A DNA stretch of 64,000 nucleotides from contig CAZPCC010000395.1 in the NCBI GenBank assembly GCA_964584905.1, positions 3,079 to 67,078 of the forward strand. Reading direction: 5' to 3'. Source of the stretch: an uncultured Gemmatimonadaceae bacterium (lineage in GTDB: Bacteria > Gemmatimonadota > Gemmatimonadetes > Gemmatimonadales > Gemmatimonadaceae). Position 1 is the first letter of the stretch. The number at the start of each line of letters is the position of its first letter. This document shows, one piece after another, positions 35,943-45,426 of the stretch. The position numbers and the translations under genes are program-made. A model generated the notes under the pieces. The model was given only the letters and a program-made list of their open reading frames with translations, was not told where the DNA came from and did not search any database.

Positions 35943-37603
35943 AGGGCGGAGCGGTAGTGCCTCCGCTTGCTCCGTACTCAACGCGCACTCATCGAATCAC
36001 TTGCCTGACGGCCGGCATGCTCGTTTTCTCGGCCTCCGTGTTGGCGGCGCAGACCATCGGTTCCAACGATCCGCGCACGATCGAGGCACGATCGCCCGTT
36101 TGGATGCAGGTATGGAGCCCGCTCGCGCCGATCATGGACATCCCACGTGAACTGCCGCGCGCGGTCGCGTTGCCGATGCTTCTCACCGCGCCCGCTCCGC
36201 GCGTGGGTCAGTTCTGGACCGCGGGAACGCCGGCCGAGCTGCGAGCCGAGGCGAGCGATTCCTACGCGACCGCTGCCGGCCAGCTTGGTCGGGAGAGCGG
36301 CTCGTTCCACCGCCCTCTGGATCCGGAAACTGTAGAAACGCGCCAGCTGCACGCGATCGGATGGCGGCAGATCCGCGATAATGGTGCCGCAATCGGCAGC
36401 ATCGTCGTGGCGAACGAGTTGATGGATCCGGCATCTTATGCCGACGCGAGCGCACCATACGGCAGCGCGCCGATGGTGGTGACCGACACGTCCCTCCCGG
36501 ACATGCGCCGGGTGCGGGCGCGACTCGAGGGCGCGGTGGGCTATCGCCTGGGATCCTGGGGACTCGGTGTCGGTCTTGGTGTGGAGGCGCAGGACTACCG
36601 CACGGATAACGCGCGGTTTCCGCGCATCTCGCGCTCGGCGATCCCCGGCGTGGTGTTGGGGATCTCTCGAACCGTTTCGGGACTGCGGCTAGGCGTGCAC
36701 GGCCGGTGGGTCGGCGGCGCGGAGACTCTTACACTGAATCCGATCCCGGCCTTCGGACAGGCACACCTGTTATTCGGTTTCACCGAGCCCGATCCGATCT
36801 CAGTGGCAATGGTGCCGGGCCTCTATCGGCGTAGCGAGCGGGACGCGACTGCCATCGGCGTCTCGCTCTCGGGATCTCTGTCAGGCGTGACCTGGGTGCT
36901 CGTGGCCCAGCGTGAGCGACGCACGGAATCGCAGAGCAGCCAGCGCCTGTCGAGTGGCGAGGACGATTCGTGGACGGCTGAGGGCTTCGCCGGTACCGCC
37001 GCACTGCAGGCACGCCCTCTCAGTCGCGTGCTCGTAACCGCGTGGGTCGGCGGGCGTACGCTGGAGGGCTCGGCCACGCGCATCGGCCTCACCGGTGACG
37101 TGTTTCGGGCGCGGGAGAATCGGGTGCGGGGAATGGTCGACGTTCGTTATGCGACGGTGGATTCGGCGTGGCAGCTTGGTGTGGTGGGTGCAATCGGGCG
37201 CGACTACCGCCTGAGAGAGGACTTTGTTGCGCTGCTCTACAGCGAGGTGACCGCGTGGTCGCCCGGCGTGTCGGTTGAATTGGCGAGACGACTGGATGCA
37301 CGTACGGCGGTCTCCATCGGCGTCGCTCGTAGCTTCGCCGCGGCGAGCTCGATCGTGCCGGACGCGACCAACCTGGGACCCGTGTATCGGCAGCTCATCG
37401 CGCCCGAGCACGCGCTCGGAGCGGCGGAGACACAGCCGATGACGGTGGGGCTCGCGCTCACGCGCGACGTCACGTCGGGGGCCACGGTGTGGGTGCGTGG
37501 ATGGCGCGAGTCGGTGAGCCCGAATGGGACGGTCGGATTGCCGTTCTTCCCGGATGGCGATCGCTCGACGTGGAGCGTCGCCGTGGGGGTGCGACTGCGT
37601 TAG
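35939..37603 (+). CDS. Putative outer-membrane beta-barrel protein, translationally coupled to the TonB-dependent receptor
   Basis: GTGA start/stop overlap. A signal-like MLVFSASVLAAQ is present. The sequence is rich in alternating Gly/aromatic beta-strand patterns. I recognised no family with confidence. Confidence 0.45.
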   Translation: MKGGAVVPPLAPYSTRTHRITCLTAGMLVFSASVLAAQTIGSNDPRTIEARSPVWMQVWSPLAPIMDIPRELPRAVALPMLLTAPAPRVGQFWTAGTPAELRAEASDSYATAAGQLGRESGSFHRPLDPETVETRQLHAIGWRQIRDNGAAIGSIVVANELMDPASYADASAPYGSAPMVVTDTSLPDMRRVRARLEGAVGYRLGSWGLGVGLGVEAQDYRTDNARFPRISRSAIPGVVLGISRTVSGLRLGVHGRWVGGAETLTLNPIPAFGQAHLLFGFTEPDPISVAMVPGLYRRSERDATAIGVSLSGSLSGVTWVLVAQRERRTESQSSQRLSSGEDDSWTAEGFAGTAALQARPLSRVLVTAWVGGRTLEGSATRIGLTGDVFRARENRVRGMVDVRYATVDSAWQLGVVGAIGRDYRLREDFVALLYSEVTAWSPGVSVELARRLDARTAVSIGVARSFAAASSIVPDATNLGPVYRQLIAPEHALGAAETQPMTVGLALTRDVTSGATVWVRGWRESVSPNGTVGLPFFPDGDRSTWSVAVGVRLR

Positions 37604-37734
37604 GGACGGCCGAGCCAGTGGGGAAAAACTGCTAGCCGGCCGGGCGAGCGAACTGCGCCAGCGTGTCGAGCGTTATGGCATCGCTCAGGATGCGGTAGTA
37701 ACCCCGCGCGAAGACGATACCTACGGAGCGAGCT

Positions 37735-38034
37735 GGCGTACGAAAATCGGAGCCGGGCGACGTTCGTCGATCGTGACTCCGTTGGTAAGGATTCTGGCGG
37801 CGTACGTCGTTTGAGGATTGCAACTGCTTTTCTACCGCGGAGGGCGCGGAGGGGCGCAGAGGACTGGTGCGAGGGGGTAGGGAGCCGTGAGGCGTCAGGG
37901 TTTCTCTGCGTTTTTTTTACCACGGAGGACACAGAGGACACAGAGGACAACAGGAATGAACAGAAGGGACAAAATATGTAAAAAGAGAAACAACAATTAA
38001 ATCAGGACGTTGACGCGCTATGTAGTTAGGTATG
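37735..38034. repeat. Copy 2 of the ~300-bp repeat, including a 13-codon relic of the DUF983 gene 3' end
   Basis: It starts with ggcgtacgaaaatcggagccgggcgacgttcgtcgatcgtga (GVRKSEPGDVRRS*), against GIRESEPGDVRRS* in copy 1. The rest is colinear with 24157..24460. Confidence 0.9.
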
Positions 38035-38044
38035 GCAACGAATA

Positions 38045-38166
38045 CCTCTGTGTCCTCTGTGCCCTCTGTGGTCAATTTGTTTTCTTTTCCTTTCCCCGTT
38101 CATTGATTGCCTTGTTCGTGTCGTCTGCCTTGTATGTCCTCTGCGCCCCTCTGCGCACTCTGCGGT
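38045..38166. repeat. Inverted partial copy of the repeat boxes, giving a large imperfect palindrome with 37834..37946
   Basis: cctctgtgtcctctgtgccctctgtggt is the reverse complement of accacGgagGAcacagaggacacagagg. gtcctctgcgcccctctgcgcactctgcggt is the reverse complement of accgcGgagGGcgcGgaggggcgcagaggac. Confidence 0.75.
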
Positions 38167-38375
38167 GAAAATCGCGGAGCCCTCAGCTGCATCGAATGCG
38201 GAAGTATCCCAGACCCTCTAGACAGGCAGATTTAATCGCCAGCTTGCCTTGCGATCTACTCCTCCGATCCTCGTGAAACGCAACAGCGGCCGTACGCAAT
38301 CGCGCACGGCCGCTGTTGTTGCAACTGGCGGATGAAAACGGAAACTACTCCGTCATCACCCAAACCCGACCATCG

Positions 38376-38900
38376 TTAGAACGTGATGCCGATGCTGATC
38401 GGGGTGGTGGACATGGTGCCACCTTCGGTGCTGATCGCATGATAGCGGGCCTCGGCAAACATCTTAGCCGCCATCAGGTTGAAGCTGAATCCAACGCCGG
38501 CGTTCCAGCCGATGTCACCAACGCGCTTCTGGTCAGGCACTTCGGCCTTCGACCAGTAGTAACCACCGCCAGCCATTGCATACAGCTTGGCCGGTCCGAC
38601 CGGCACGATGTCGTAGCCGAACGCCGCCGTGGCGCCGATAGTGGACATGTCCACGCTGCCGCTCGAGAGCGGCAGGCGGCTGTACAGCCCATCCACACGG
38701 ACGTGTACTGGCAGGACAGGCAGTCCGGCGCGAACGCCAACCAGTCCGTGGTAACCCTGGCTCGTCGCGTCGGCAAGTTCGCCGGTCGGCAGGGTAAGAC
38801 CGCCGCCGATGTTAAACGACATCTGGGCCTGCGCCGGGGCAGCCGCAAGCGCGGCCGCGAAAGAGAGCCCGAGCGCAATGGCACGATGACAACGCTGCAT
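38376..38900 (-). CDS. Small outer-membrane beta-barrel protein (OmpW/OmpA-barrel-like)
   Basis: Signal MQRCHRAIALGLSFAAALAAAPAQAQ, alternating beta pattern, and a C-terminal ...ISIGITF. Confidence 0.7.
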   Translation of the reverse strand: MQRCHRAIALGLSFAAALAAAPAQAQMSFNIGGGLTLPTGELADATSQGYHGLVGVRAGLPVLPVHVRVDGLYSRLPLSSGSVDMSTIGATAAFGYDIVPVGPAKLYAMAGGGYYWSKAEVPDQKRVGDIGWNAGVGFSFNLMAAKMFAEARYHAISTEGGTMSTTPISIGITF

Positions 38901-39194
38901 AACTCATCCTCCTGAGAGGTATCGTGTTTACGGCGCGACCGCGGCCCGATTCGACTATCGAACCCGTTGCCCGATCCGCCCTGGCCGCCGCGCCCGAAGG
39001 GGCGGTGGCAAGCCACCAAATCGACGAACGGACTCAGCGAGAGGCAACGCGACGCTCTGCACAACTGTTTCGGCAGTGCCGATGAACTCACCTTGCGTTT
39101 GTCAGGGTGTAATGCGAAGTCTCCTGTTAGAGGCGAATCGACGTACTAAACGCATATTTCCGCACCACCCCTGTAAACATTTGAAACAGTCGTC

Positions 39195-40103
39195 ATGACC
39201 GAAAACCTGACGTGGCCCGGGCTTCCTTACGATGAATGGCGCGCGAGTTATGAAACGCTGCACATGTGGACACAGATCGTGGGCAAGATCCGGCTGGCCA
39301 AGGCGCCGCCGTTGAACCACTGGTGGCATACCACGCTCGGCATAACGCCGCGCGGACTTGCCACGTCGGCGATTCCACACGGAAAGCGGAGCTTCGAGAT
39401 CACATTCGATTTCATCGATCATGTCCTGGTGATCGAAGTGAGCGACGGCACCGGGCGACGAATTCAACTGGCGCCCCGCACGACTGCGGACTTCTACTCC
39501 GAGGTAATGGCACGTCTCGACGAACTGGGGATCCCCGTCACGATCTGGCCTCGTCCTGTCGAAGTCGAAACGCCGATTCGGTTCGATGAGGACCATGTGC
39601 ATCAGTCGTACGATGCAGCGCAGGTCGAGCGGTTCCATGCTGCCCTCGTGCAAGCGGACCGCGCGCTGCAGCGCTTTCGCGGCCAGTTCATTGGAAAGTC
39701 GAGTCCCGTTCACTTCTTCTGGGGTGGATTCGACATAGCGCTCACCCGATTTTCCGGCCGGCGCGCTCCGGAGCATCCAGGGGGCGCTCCGAACGTGGGC
39801 CGTCATGTGATGGTCGAGGCCTACTCGCATGAAGTCGCGAGCTTTGGCTGGTGGCCGGGGAGTGCCGCGCATCCGGAGCCGGCCTTCTATGCTTACGCGT
39901 ATCCGGAGCCGGCGGGCTTCAGCCGAGTGAGGGTGAGGCCGGATGCGGCGCAGTACCTTCAGGCACTGGGCGAGTTCGTTCTTCCGTATGAGGCTGTACG
40001 TCTGGCCCCCGATCCGGACGCGGCAGTACTTACATTCTGTTCTGACGCGTACGAGGCGGCAGCCGATCTGGGAATGTGGAATCGTCAGGCGCTGGAACGG
40101 TAA
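39195..40103 (+). CDS. Conserved hypothetical protein (DUF5996-like)
   Basis: WPGLPYDEWRASYETLHMWTQIVGKIRLAKAPPLNHWWH resembles that family from memory. No catalytic motif was recognised. Confidence 0.45.
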   Translation: MTENLTWPGLPYDEWRASYETLHMWTQIVGKIRLAKAPPLNHWWHTTLGITPRGLATSAIPHGKRSFEITFDFIDHVLVIEVSDGTGRRIQLAPRTTADFYSEVMARLDELGIPVTIWPRPVEVETPIRFDEDHVHQSYDAAQVERFHAALVQADRALQRFRGQFIGKSSPVHFFWGGFDIALTRFSGRRAPEHPGGAPNVGRHVMVEAYSHEVASFGWWPGSAAHPEPAFYAYAYPEPAGFSRVRVRPDAAQYLQALGEFVLPYEAVRLAPDPDAAVLTFCSDAYEAAADLGMWNRQALER

Positions 40104-40162
40104 CCCGGCACCGCCAACCTCTCTAACTCGAGCGACGGCAAGGCCGTCAAGGATCTGGTGGC

Positions 40163-41659
40163 ATGCTTTGCAGCGTCCGGAAAAGCGCGGCACGTCGCGC
40201 ACTCTTCGTCTCGATCATCGCCGGGGTAGCCGGAAGCGGGTGCGCAACGACGAACGGAGCTCCGCCGGCCGACGCTCCGCCTGACGACCCGCCGGCGCTT
40301 GCCGCAATTTCACAGGAAGATCTGCGGCGAGACCTGTTCGTGCTCGCCAGTCAGGCGATGCGTGGCCGCGAGGCCGGCACGATTGACGAACTGCGCGCCT
40401 CAGCGTGGATCGCCGAGCAGGCACGGGCCGCCGGGCTCGAGCCGATGGGCGACGACGGGACATACTTTCAGTTCTGGCCGATGCTTCGCGCGCGGGTCTC
40501 GGCCGACAGCCGGGTGGTCCTCGCAGGCACGCCGCTCGGGATCCCCGACCGTGCGGTGGTGGTGACGCCGACCGACGCGCGAATCGACGCACCGATCGTT
40601 TTCGTGGGCGAAGGAAAGCAGGCCGACCTGGCCGGCAAGGACATTCGCGGGCAGGTGGTTGCGGCGCTGCTCTCGCATCCGGAGGGGGCTCCGCCCCTCG
40701 GCCCCGATCTCAGCCCGCGGCGTTATGCAATGAACTCCGTAAGGCAGCGAGCTGCGTTTCTGGTCGAGCGTGGCGCAACGGCGGTCGTGCTTGTTTCGGA
40801 TTCCGTGGCCGACGGACAGTTTCAGAACATCGCCGCCGGATGGGCGCGAGGCAGCTACGACATCGATGATTCCGAGGGGGAGGAGAGTGCTTCCCGCCCG
40901 CCGGTCATCTGGGTTCGGCGCTCGGCGCTCGATCTCGTAAGGCAGCCCGGCGCGCGGCTCGTTGCCGAGCTTCAGCGCGAGCGATTCGTCGTCCCGTCGG
41001 TGAACGTGGTGGCGCGCGCGCCAGGCAGCGATCCCCGGCTGCGCGACGAGCACGTGCTGTACAGTTCCCACCAGGATGCGCTCGGCGTTCGCTATTCCTG
41101 GGATGGCGACTCCGTGTGGACCGGTGCCGACGACAACGCCACTACCAGCGTCGCGATACTGGCGATCGGACGCGCGTTCGTTCGCGCCCCGGCCGCCCGC
41201 TCGGTGTTGTTCGTCTGGCATGGCGCGGAAGAAGTGGGGTTGCTCGGGTCGTACTACCACGTGGCGCATCCCGTCGTGCCGCTCTCGAGTGTGGTGGCGG
41301 TTCTGAATGGCGACATGATCGGCCGCAACCATCCCGATACCGCGGCGCTGCTGGGAGCCCAGCCGCCTAACCGCAATGCACCGTCGCTGGTCGAGATGGC
41401 GCTCTCGGCGAACGCGCGGGTGTCGCGGTTCGTGGTCGACAGCAGCTGGGACCGGCCCGGCCACCCGGAAAACTTCTTTCGCCGCAGCGATCACTGGCCT
41501 TACGTTCAGGTCGACGTGCCGTCCATATACTTCACGGCAATGCTCCACTCCGATTACCACACTCCGCGTGACGATCCCGAGGGCATCGATTACGGCAAGC
41601 TCACACGAATGGCGCGGTGGATGTACGCCACCGGCTGGGCTGCAGCTTCTGTCCGGTGA
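40163..41659 (+). CDS. M28-family metallo-aminopeptidase with a PA domain
   Basis: NVVARAPG..HVLYSSHQDALG, GADDNATTSVAILAIGR, WHGAEEVGLLGS, LNGDMIGR and SDHWPY..DYHTPRD. Confidence 0.85.
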   Translation: MLCSVRKSAARRALFVSIIAGVAGSGCATTNGAPPADAPPDDPPALAAISQEDLRRDLFVLASQAMRGREAGTIDELRASAWIAEQARAAGLEPMGDDGTYFQFWPMLRARVSADSRVVLAGTPLGIPDRAVVVTPTDARIDAPIVFVGEGKQADLAGKDIRGQVVAALLSHPEGAPPLGPDLSPRRYAMNSVRQRAAFLVERGATAVVLVSDSVADGQFQNIAAGWARGSYDIDDSEGEESASRPPVIWVRRSALDLVRQPGARLVAELQRERFVVPSVNVVARAPGSDPRLRDEHVLYSSHQDALGVRYSWDGDSVWTGADDNATTSVAILAIGRAFVRAPAARSVLFVWHGAEEVGLLGSYYHVAHPVVPLSSVVAVLNGDMIGRNHPDTAALLGAQPPNRNAPSLVEMALSANARVSRFVVDSSWDRPGHPENFFRRSDHWPYVQVDVPSIYFTAMLHSDYHTPRDDPEGIDYGKLTRMARWMYATGWAAASVR

Positions 41660-41744
41660 TTTCGTGGCCGGGCACCGGGAACACGCCTGCTCCAGGCCGC
41701 GCACCTGCCTGCATGCCCTGGCGATCGCTCAACATTGACCGTGG

Positions 41745-42386
41745 ATGGTGGACATGAAGTCCGTCGCTCAGGGAAGCCGTACTCGCCGGGTGACGGTCAA
41801 GTGCCTGTGCATGACCGTACTCGTAACCGGCCTGACGATAAACCCGTCGGCGGCAGGAGCGCAGCAATTCGCCGGATTCGGCGGACTCGAGCCGCGCCTT
41901 GGAATCGTCTGGCCCAGGGACGCGACGACGGGGACCGTCTGGGCGCTGGACGCCGATCTGGGTTTCGTGCGGACGCCGCGTGTCCGGGCGATCGTTGGAA
42001 TGACGGGCTTCAGCACCGACGTGGATCGTCGCGTGGCGGGAGCGCCGATCGGAGGTTCGCTTTCCGCGTTCGGCATGCACGGGGCGCTGCGCCTCGACCC
42101 GGTACGAGCCGGCCGGCTCGCGCCGTTCCTTACGGGGCTATTGACATTACATAACGTGAGTGCCGACGTTTCCGATCCAGGCATCGACGAGTTGCTCGAC
42201 GGAGTGTATGCGGGAATCGGATTCGGCGCCGGGATCGCCTACGAGCTCGATTTGCCCGCGCGCTTTGCCATAACCGTGGAGGCACGCCGCGTGTTCGCCA
42301 CCAATGTGGGTCACGGGTCGCTCGTTTTCGGAATGCGGTGGATGCCGCGCGGGCGACAGGCAAACGATATCGGTGCGGCGCAGTGA
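41745..42386 (+). CDS. Putative outer-membrane protein (small beta-barrel-like)
   Basis: Signal-like CLCMTVLVTGLTINPSAAGAQQ, then a Gly/aromatic alternating pattern. The start is uncertain. Confidence 0.4.
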   Translation: MVDMKSVAQGSRTRRVTVKCLCMTVLVTGLTINPSAAGAQQFAGFGGLEPRLGIVWPRDATTGTVWALDADLGFVRTPRVRAIVGMTGFSTDVDRRVAGAPIGGSLSAFGMHGALRLDPVRAGRLAPFLTGLLTLHNVSADVSDPGIDELLDGVYAGIGFGAGIAYELDLPARFAITVEARRVFATNVGHGSLVFGMRWMPRGRQANDIGAAQ

Positions 42387-44128
42387 CTCCGCCACGTGGT
42401 GCCTGGAGCATTGCTGCGATCCCGGCTCTGATCGCGGCGATCGCGGTGCCAGTTCGGGCACAGCAAAGGGTGGCGGCGGCCGATTCCGCCGCCCGTGATT
42501 CCGCGGCCACCCGCTGCATGGACGAGCGCATCAACTCCATCGAATATCGCCGCGATCCGCCGGCGCTCATGGGAGAGCGAATGCCGTCGTGGACCAGGCG
42601 GGTGCTTGGCGTGATCGTGCAGCACCGCCAGACGGAGCCGCAGGCAATCGAGCCGTTCCTTCTCGTCGAAGAAGGCGAGAGCTGCACCACGTTCAAGCTC
42701 GACGAGTCGGAGCGGCTGCTGCGCGCTCAACCGTATCTGGCGAACGCGGAGCTTCGCGCCTATCCGGAATCCGGCGGAGGCGTCCGGGTGAGCGTCCACA
42801 CTGTGGACGAAATTCCGCTCGTAATAGACGGCGGCTTTAGCGATGGGGAGCCGTCGAAGGTGACATACGGCAGCGGAAATGTGTTTGGCCGCGGCGTTTA
42901 CGCCGCGGCGAAGTGGCGGCAGGGGTTTGCCTATCGCGACGCGATGGGGGTGGAACTGGTCCACTATCATCTGCTTGACCGCGCTCGTGCACGCATGGAA
43001 TTGATGCGCGGCTCCCGCGAGGAATCCTACCGCGGCGCGTTGACCAACGCCTATCTCACCGATGCGCAGAGTGCGGCGTGGCACGTCGGATATCGCCGAA
43101 GCGAGAACTTCGCGGAGTTTCTGAGGCGGGATTCATCATCACTCGCGCTCGGCCTGGATCGCGATCTCGCCGACGCCGGTGTGCTGTGGAGGGTCGGAGC
43201 TCGCGGACGACGGCTGTTCGCCGGGGCCACCGCCTCGCACGAGCGGGTCACGGCGGCGTCAGATGGTATTGTGGTCACCGACACGGGATTCGCGACCGAC
43301 CCCGACACCTTGCTGGATGATCGCTTCGATTCATGGAGCACTACATCGGTAGGCGCCGTATTGGGCGGGCGCTTCCTGGACTACAGAACGATGGAGGGTC
43401 TGAGTTCCCTCGCCGGCACTCACGATGTAGCTACCGGCGTGCAGGTGGCTGCCACGCTGGGACGAGGGATTGGCGGCAACCGCCGCCGCCAGTTCAGTGG
43501 GCTCGATCTCTACGCCGCCGCTGGCACTCAGCGCACTCTCTTTGCGTTAGGTGCGGTCACCGAAGGCAGTCGTGCTCCGGGAGGGGGTTGGGAGGATGTC
43601 ATAGCGAGTGGACGGCTGGTGATCTATCGCGTGCCCTCTGAAAGGCGGACGAACGAAGTCAGCGCCGAGTACTCCGGTGCGTGGAGGGCATCGCTTCCAG
43701 GGCAACTCGGGCTCGATGAGCGGCGCGGCGGCGTTCGAGGCTACCGGGATTCGCGAGTAGGGGGAACCAAGCGCGCAGTGTTTCGAATCGAGGAAAGGCG
43801 GTCGCTCGGTCGCATGGGACGGATCGCCGGATTCGCTATCGCGGGATTTGCCGATGCAGGGAAGGTCTGGGCGGGCGATGTTCCGTACGGAACCACTACC
43901 GGCGTGCGGACCAGCGTTGGCGCCGGGTTAATGGCCGCGGTGCCCAGACAATCTCAGCGCTTGTTCCGGATCGACGCAGCAGTGCCGCTCGTCCGCGGCG
44001 GTACCACTCGATCGTGGACTGTGCGCCTGTTCACGACCGCCGCCTATCCCACCTTCTGGCGTGAGCCGGCAGATGTGTCCCGGCTGCGTGCTCCGCGGCC
44101 GGCGTCCGAACTGCTGCTGTGGCCGTAG
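42383..44128 (+). CDS. Hypothetical secreted/outer-membrane protein (possibly POTRA/Omp85-like)
   Basis: GTGA overlap with the upstream gene. Signal [22 protein letters not shown] and a beta-rich C-terminal half. The family assignment is weak. Confidence 0.35.
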   Translation: MTPPRGAWSIAAIPALIAAIAVPVRAQQRVAAADSAARDSAATRCMDERINSIEYRRDPPALMGERMPSWTRRVLGVIVQHRQTEPQAIEPFLLVEEGESCTTFKLDESERLLRAQPYLANAELRAYPESGGGVRVSVHTVDEIPLVIDGGFSDGEPSKVTYGSGNVFGRGVYAAAKWRQGFAYRDAMGVELVHYHLLDRARARMELMRGSREESYRGALTNAYLTDAQSAAWHVGYRRSENFAEFLRRDSSSLALGLDRDLADAGVLWRVGARGRRLFAGATASHERVTAASDGIVVTDTGFATDPDTLLDDRFDSWSTTSVGAVLGGRFLDYRTMEGLSSLAGTHDVATGVQVAATLGRGIGGNRRRQFSGLDLYAAAGTQRTLFALGAVTEGSRAPGGGWEDVIASGRLVIYRVPSERRTNEVSAEYSGAWRASLPGQLGLDERRGGVRGYRDSRVGGTKRAVFRIEERRSLGRMGRIAGFAIAGFADAGKVWAGDVPYGTTTGVRTSVGAGLMAAVPRQSQRLFRIDAAVPLVRGGTTRSWTVRLFTTAAYPTFWREPADVSRLRAPRPASELLLWP

Positions 44129-44132
44129 ACAG

Positions 44133-44193
44133 CGGGAATCGGGAATTGGGAATCGGAAAGCGGATCGTCCCGATTCCCGATTCCCGATTCCCT
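44133..44193 (+). terminator. Long hairpin built from heptamer repeats (GGGAATC)3 / (CCGATTC)3; probable terminator / REP-like element
   Basis: cgggaatcgggaattgggaatcgg - 12-nt loop - cccgattcccgattcccgattccc gives a stem of about 22 bp with one mismatch. It starts 5 nt after the stop at 44128. Confidence 0.6.
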
Positions 44194-44255
44194 ATGTTGT
44201 CGTACGTCGCGGAAGCCCGAACGTGGTGTGCACCGATGACCGAGGAGTGAAGGAA

Positions 44256-45410
44256 ATGAGAATGCGGATTGCCTCGCTTTTTGCTTTGGCGACCGTGATG
44301 GCAGCCTCGCAGAAGGCACCGGCACAGGATGCCGCGCAGCGGTCCCCGACCCCCGCGCCGGTGAGCGGCGGAGTGCGCGTCGAGACCGTCGCCAGCGGTC
44401 TTGTGCGCCCATGGGCGCTCGAGTTTCTGCCTGACGGGCGCATGCTCGTGACCGAGCGTCCGGGTCGGCTGCGCATCGTCGCAACCGATGGCACGCTGTC
44501 GGAACCGATCGCCGGAGTGCCGGATGTCGCCGCGCAGGGGCAGGGCGGACTGCTCGATGTCGCTCTTGACCCGAACTTTGCCGAGAACCGGCTCGTCTAT
44601 CTCTCGTTTTCCGAGCCCGGCGAGGGTGGCACGGCGAGCACTGCCGTTGCCCGGGGTCGGTTGGGCGATGGCCGGCTCGAGAACGTGCAGGTGATCTACC
44701 GGCAGACGCCAAAGGTGCGCAGCCGCGGCCATTATGGATCGCGTCTCGTTTTCAGGAGAGATGGGACGTTGTTCATCACGCAGGGTGACCGCCAGAATCA
44801 ACGGCCGCTGGTGCAGGACCTGACGACCGGCATCGGCAAGATCGTGCGCATCAATACGGACGGGTCGGCGCCACCTGACAACCCGTTCGTTGGACGCGAT
44901 GGGGCGCTGGCGGAGATCTGGTCGTACGGTCATCGCAACCTTCAGGGTGCCACCCTACACCCGGAGACCGGACAGCTCTGGACCGTGGAGCATGGCGCGC
45001 GAGGCGGGGATGAGCTCAACCATCCCGAGGCCGGAAAGAACTACGGCTGGCCGGTGATCACGTACGGCGTCGACTACTCGGGCGCATCGATAGGCGAAGG
45101 CAGGTCGAAGGAAGGCATGGAGCAGCCTGTTTACTACTGGGACCCGGTAATCGCGCCGTCGGGGATGATCTTCTACACTGGCAACACGTATCCGGGATGG
45201 CAGGGCAGCCTGTTCATCGGGTCAATGCAGCCGGGACTGCTCGTCAGGCTCGAGCTACGGAACGGCCGTGTGACGAGCGAAGAGCGCTACCTGGGCGATC
45301 TGAATGAGCGCATTCGCGATGTTCAGCAGGGCCCCGACGGGCTGCTCTATCTGGTAACCGACAATCAGCAGGGCCGTGTGCTGCGCGTGGTGCCGGCGGG
45401 CTCGCGGTGA
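44256..45410 (+). CDS. PQQ-dependent sugar (glucose/sorbosone) dehydrogenase, soluble type
   Basis: Signal [45 protein letters not shown] and [31 protein letters not shown]. Confidence 0.85.
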   Translation: MRMRIASLFALATVMAASQKAPAQDAAQRSPTPAPVSGGVRVETVASGLVRPWALEFLPDGRMLVTERPGRLRIVATDGTLSEPIAGVPDVAAQGQGGLLDVALDPNFAENRLVYLSFSEPGEGGTASTAVARGRLGDGRLENVQVIYRQTPKVRSRGHYGSRLVFRRDGTLFITQGDRQNQRPLVQDLTTGIGKIVRINTDGSAPPDNPFVGRDGALAEIWSYGHRNLQGATLHPETGQLWTVEHGARGGDELNHPEAGKNYGWPVITYGVDYSGASIGEGRSKEGMEQPVYYWDPVIAPSGMIFYTGNTYPGWQGSLFIGSMQPGLLVRLELRNGRVTSEERYLGDLNERIRDVQQGPDGLLYLVTDNQQGRVLRVVPAGSR

Positions 45411-45426
45411 GCGCCGGCTACCTGTA

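Noticed and set aside
24157-38034. A prophage or integrative element, suggested by the flanking direct repeats.
   Set aside because: No integrase, recombinase, transposase, phage structural gene or tRNA target is visible between or next to the repeats. I therefore report only the repeat-bracketed architecture and make no mobile-element call.
38010-38036. A TTGACG hexamer inside repeat copy 2 as the -35 element of a promoter.
   Set aside because: No acceptable -10 hexamer lies 16-18 nt downstream (the candidates sit at 8, 11 or 15 nt). The TTGACG is not conserved in copy 1 (which reads catgctcgcgc).
39102-41704. Long minus-strand ORFs (39102..40202 and 40400..41704) overlapping the DUF5996-like and M28 peptidase genes.
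   Set aside because: Their Arg/Pro/Gly-rich, low-complexity translations are typical of antisense frames in high-GC DNA. The plus-strand frames carry clear family motifs. The same reasoning applies to 8488..9258, 44031..44933, 52443..53153, 53810..54760, 56095..57018 and similar shadow ORFs.
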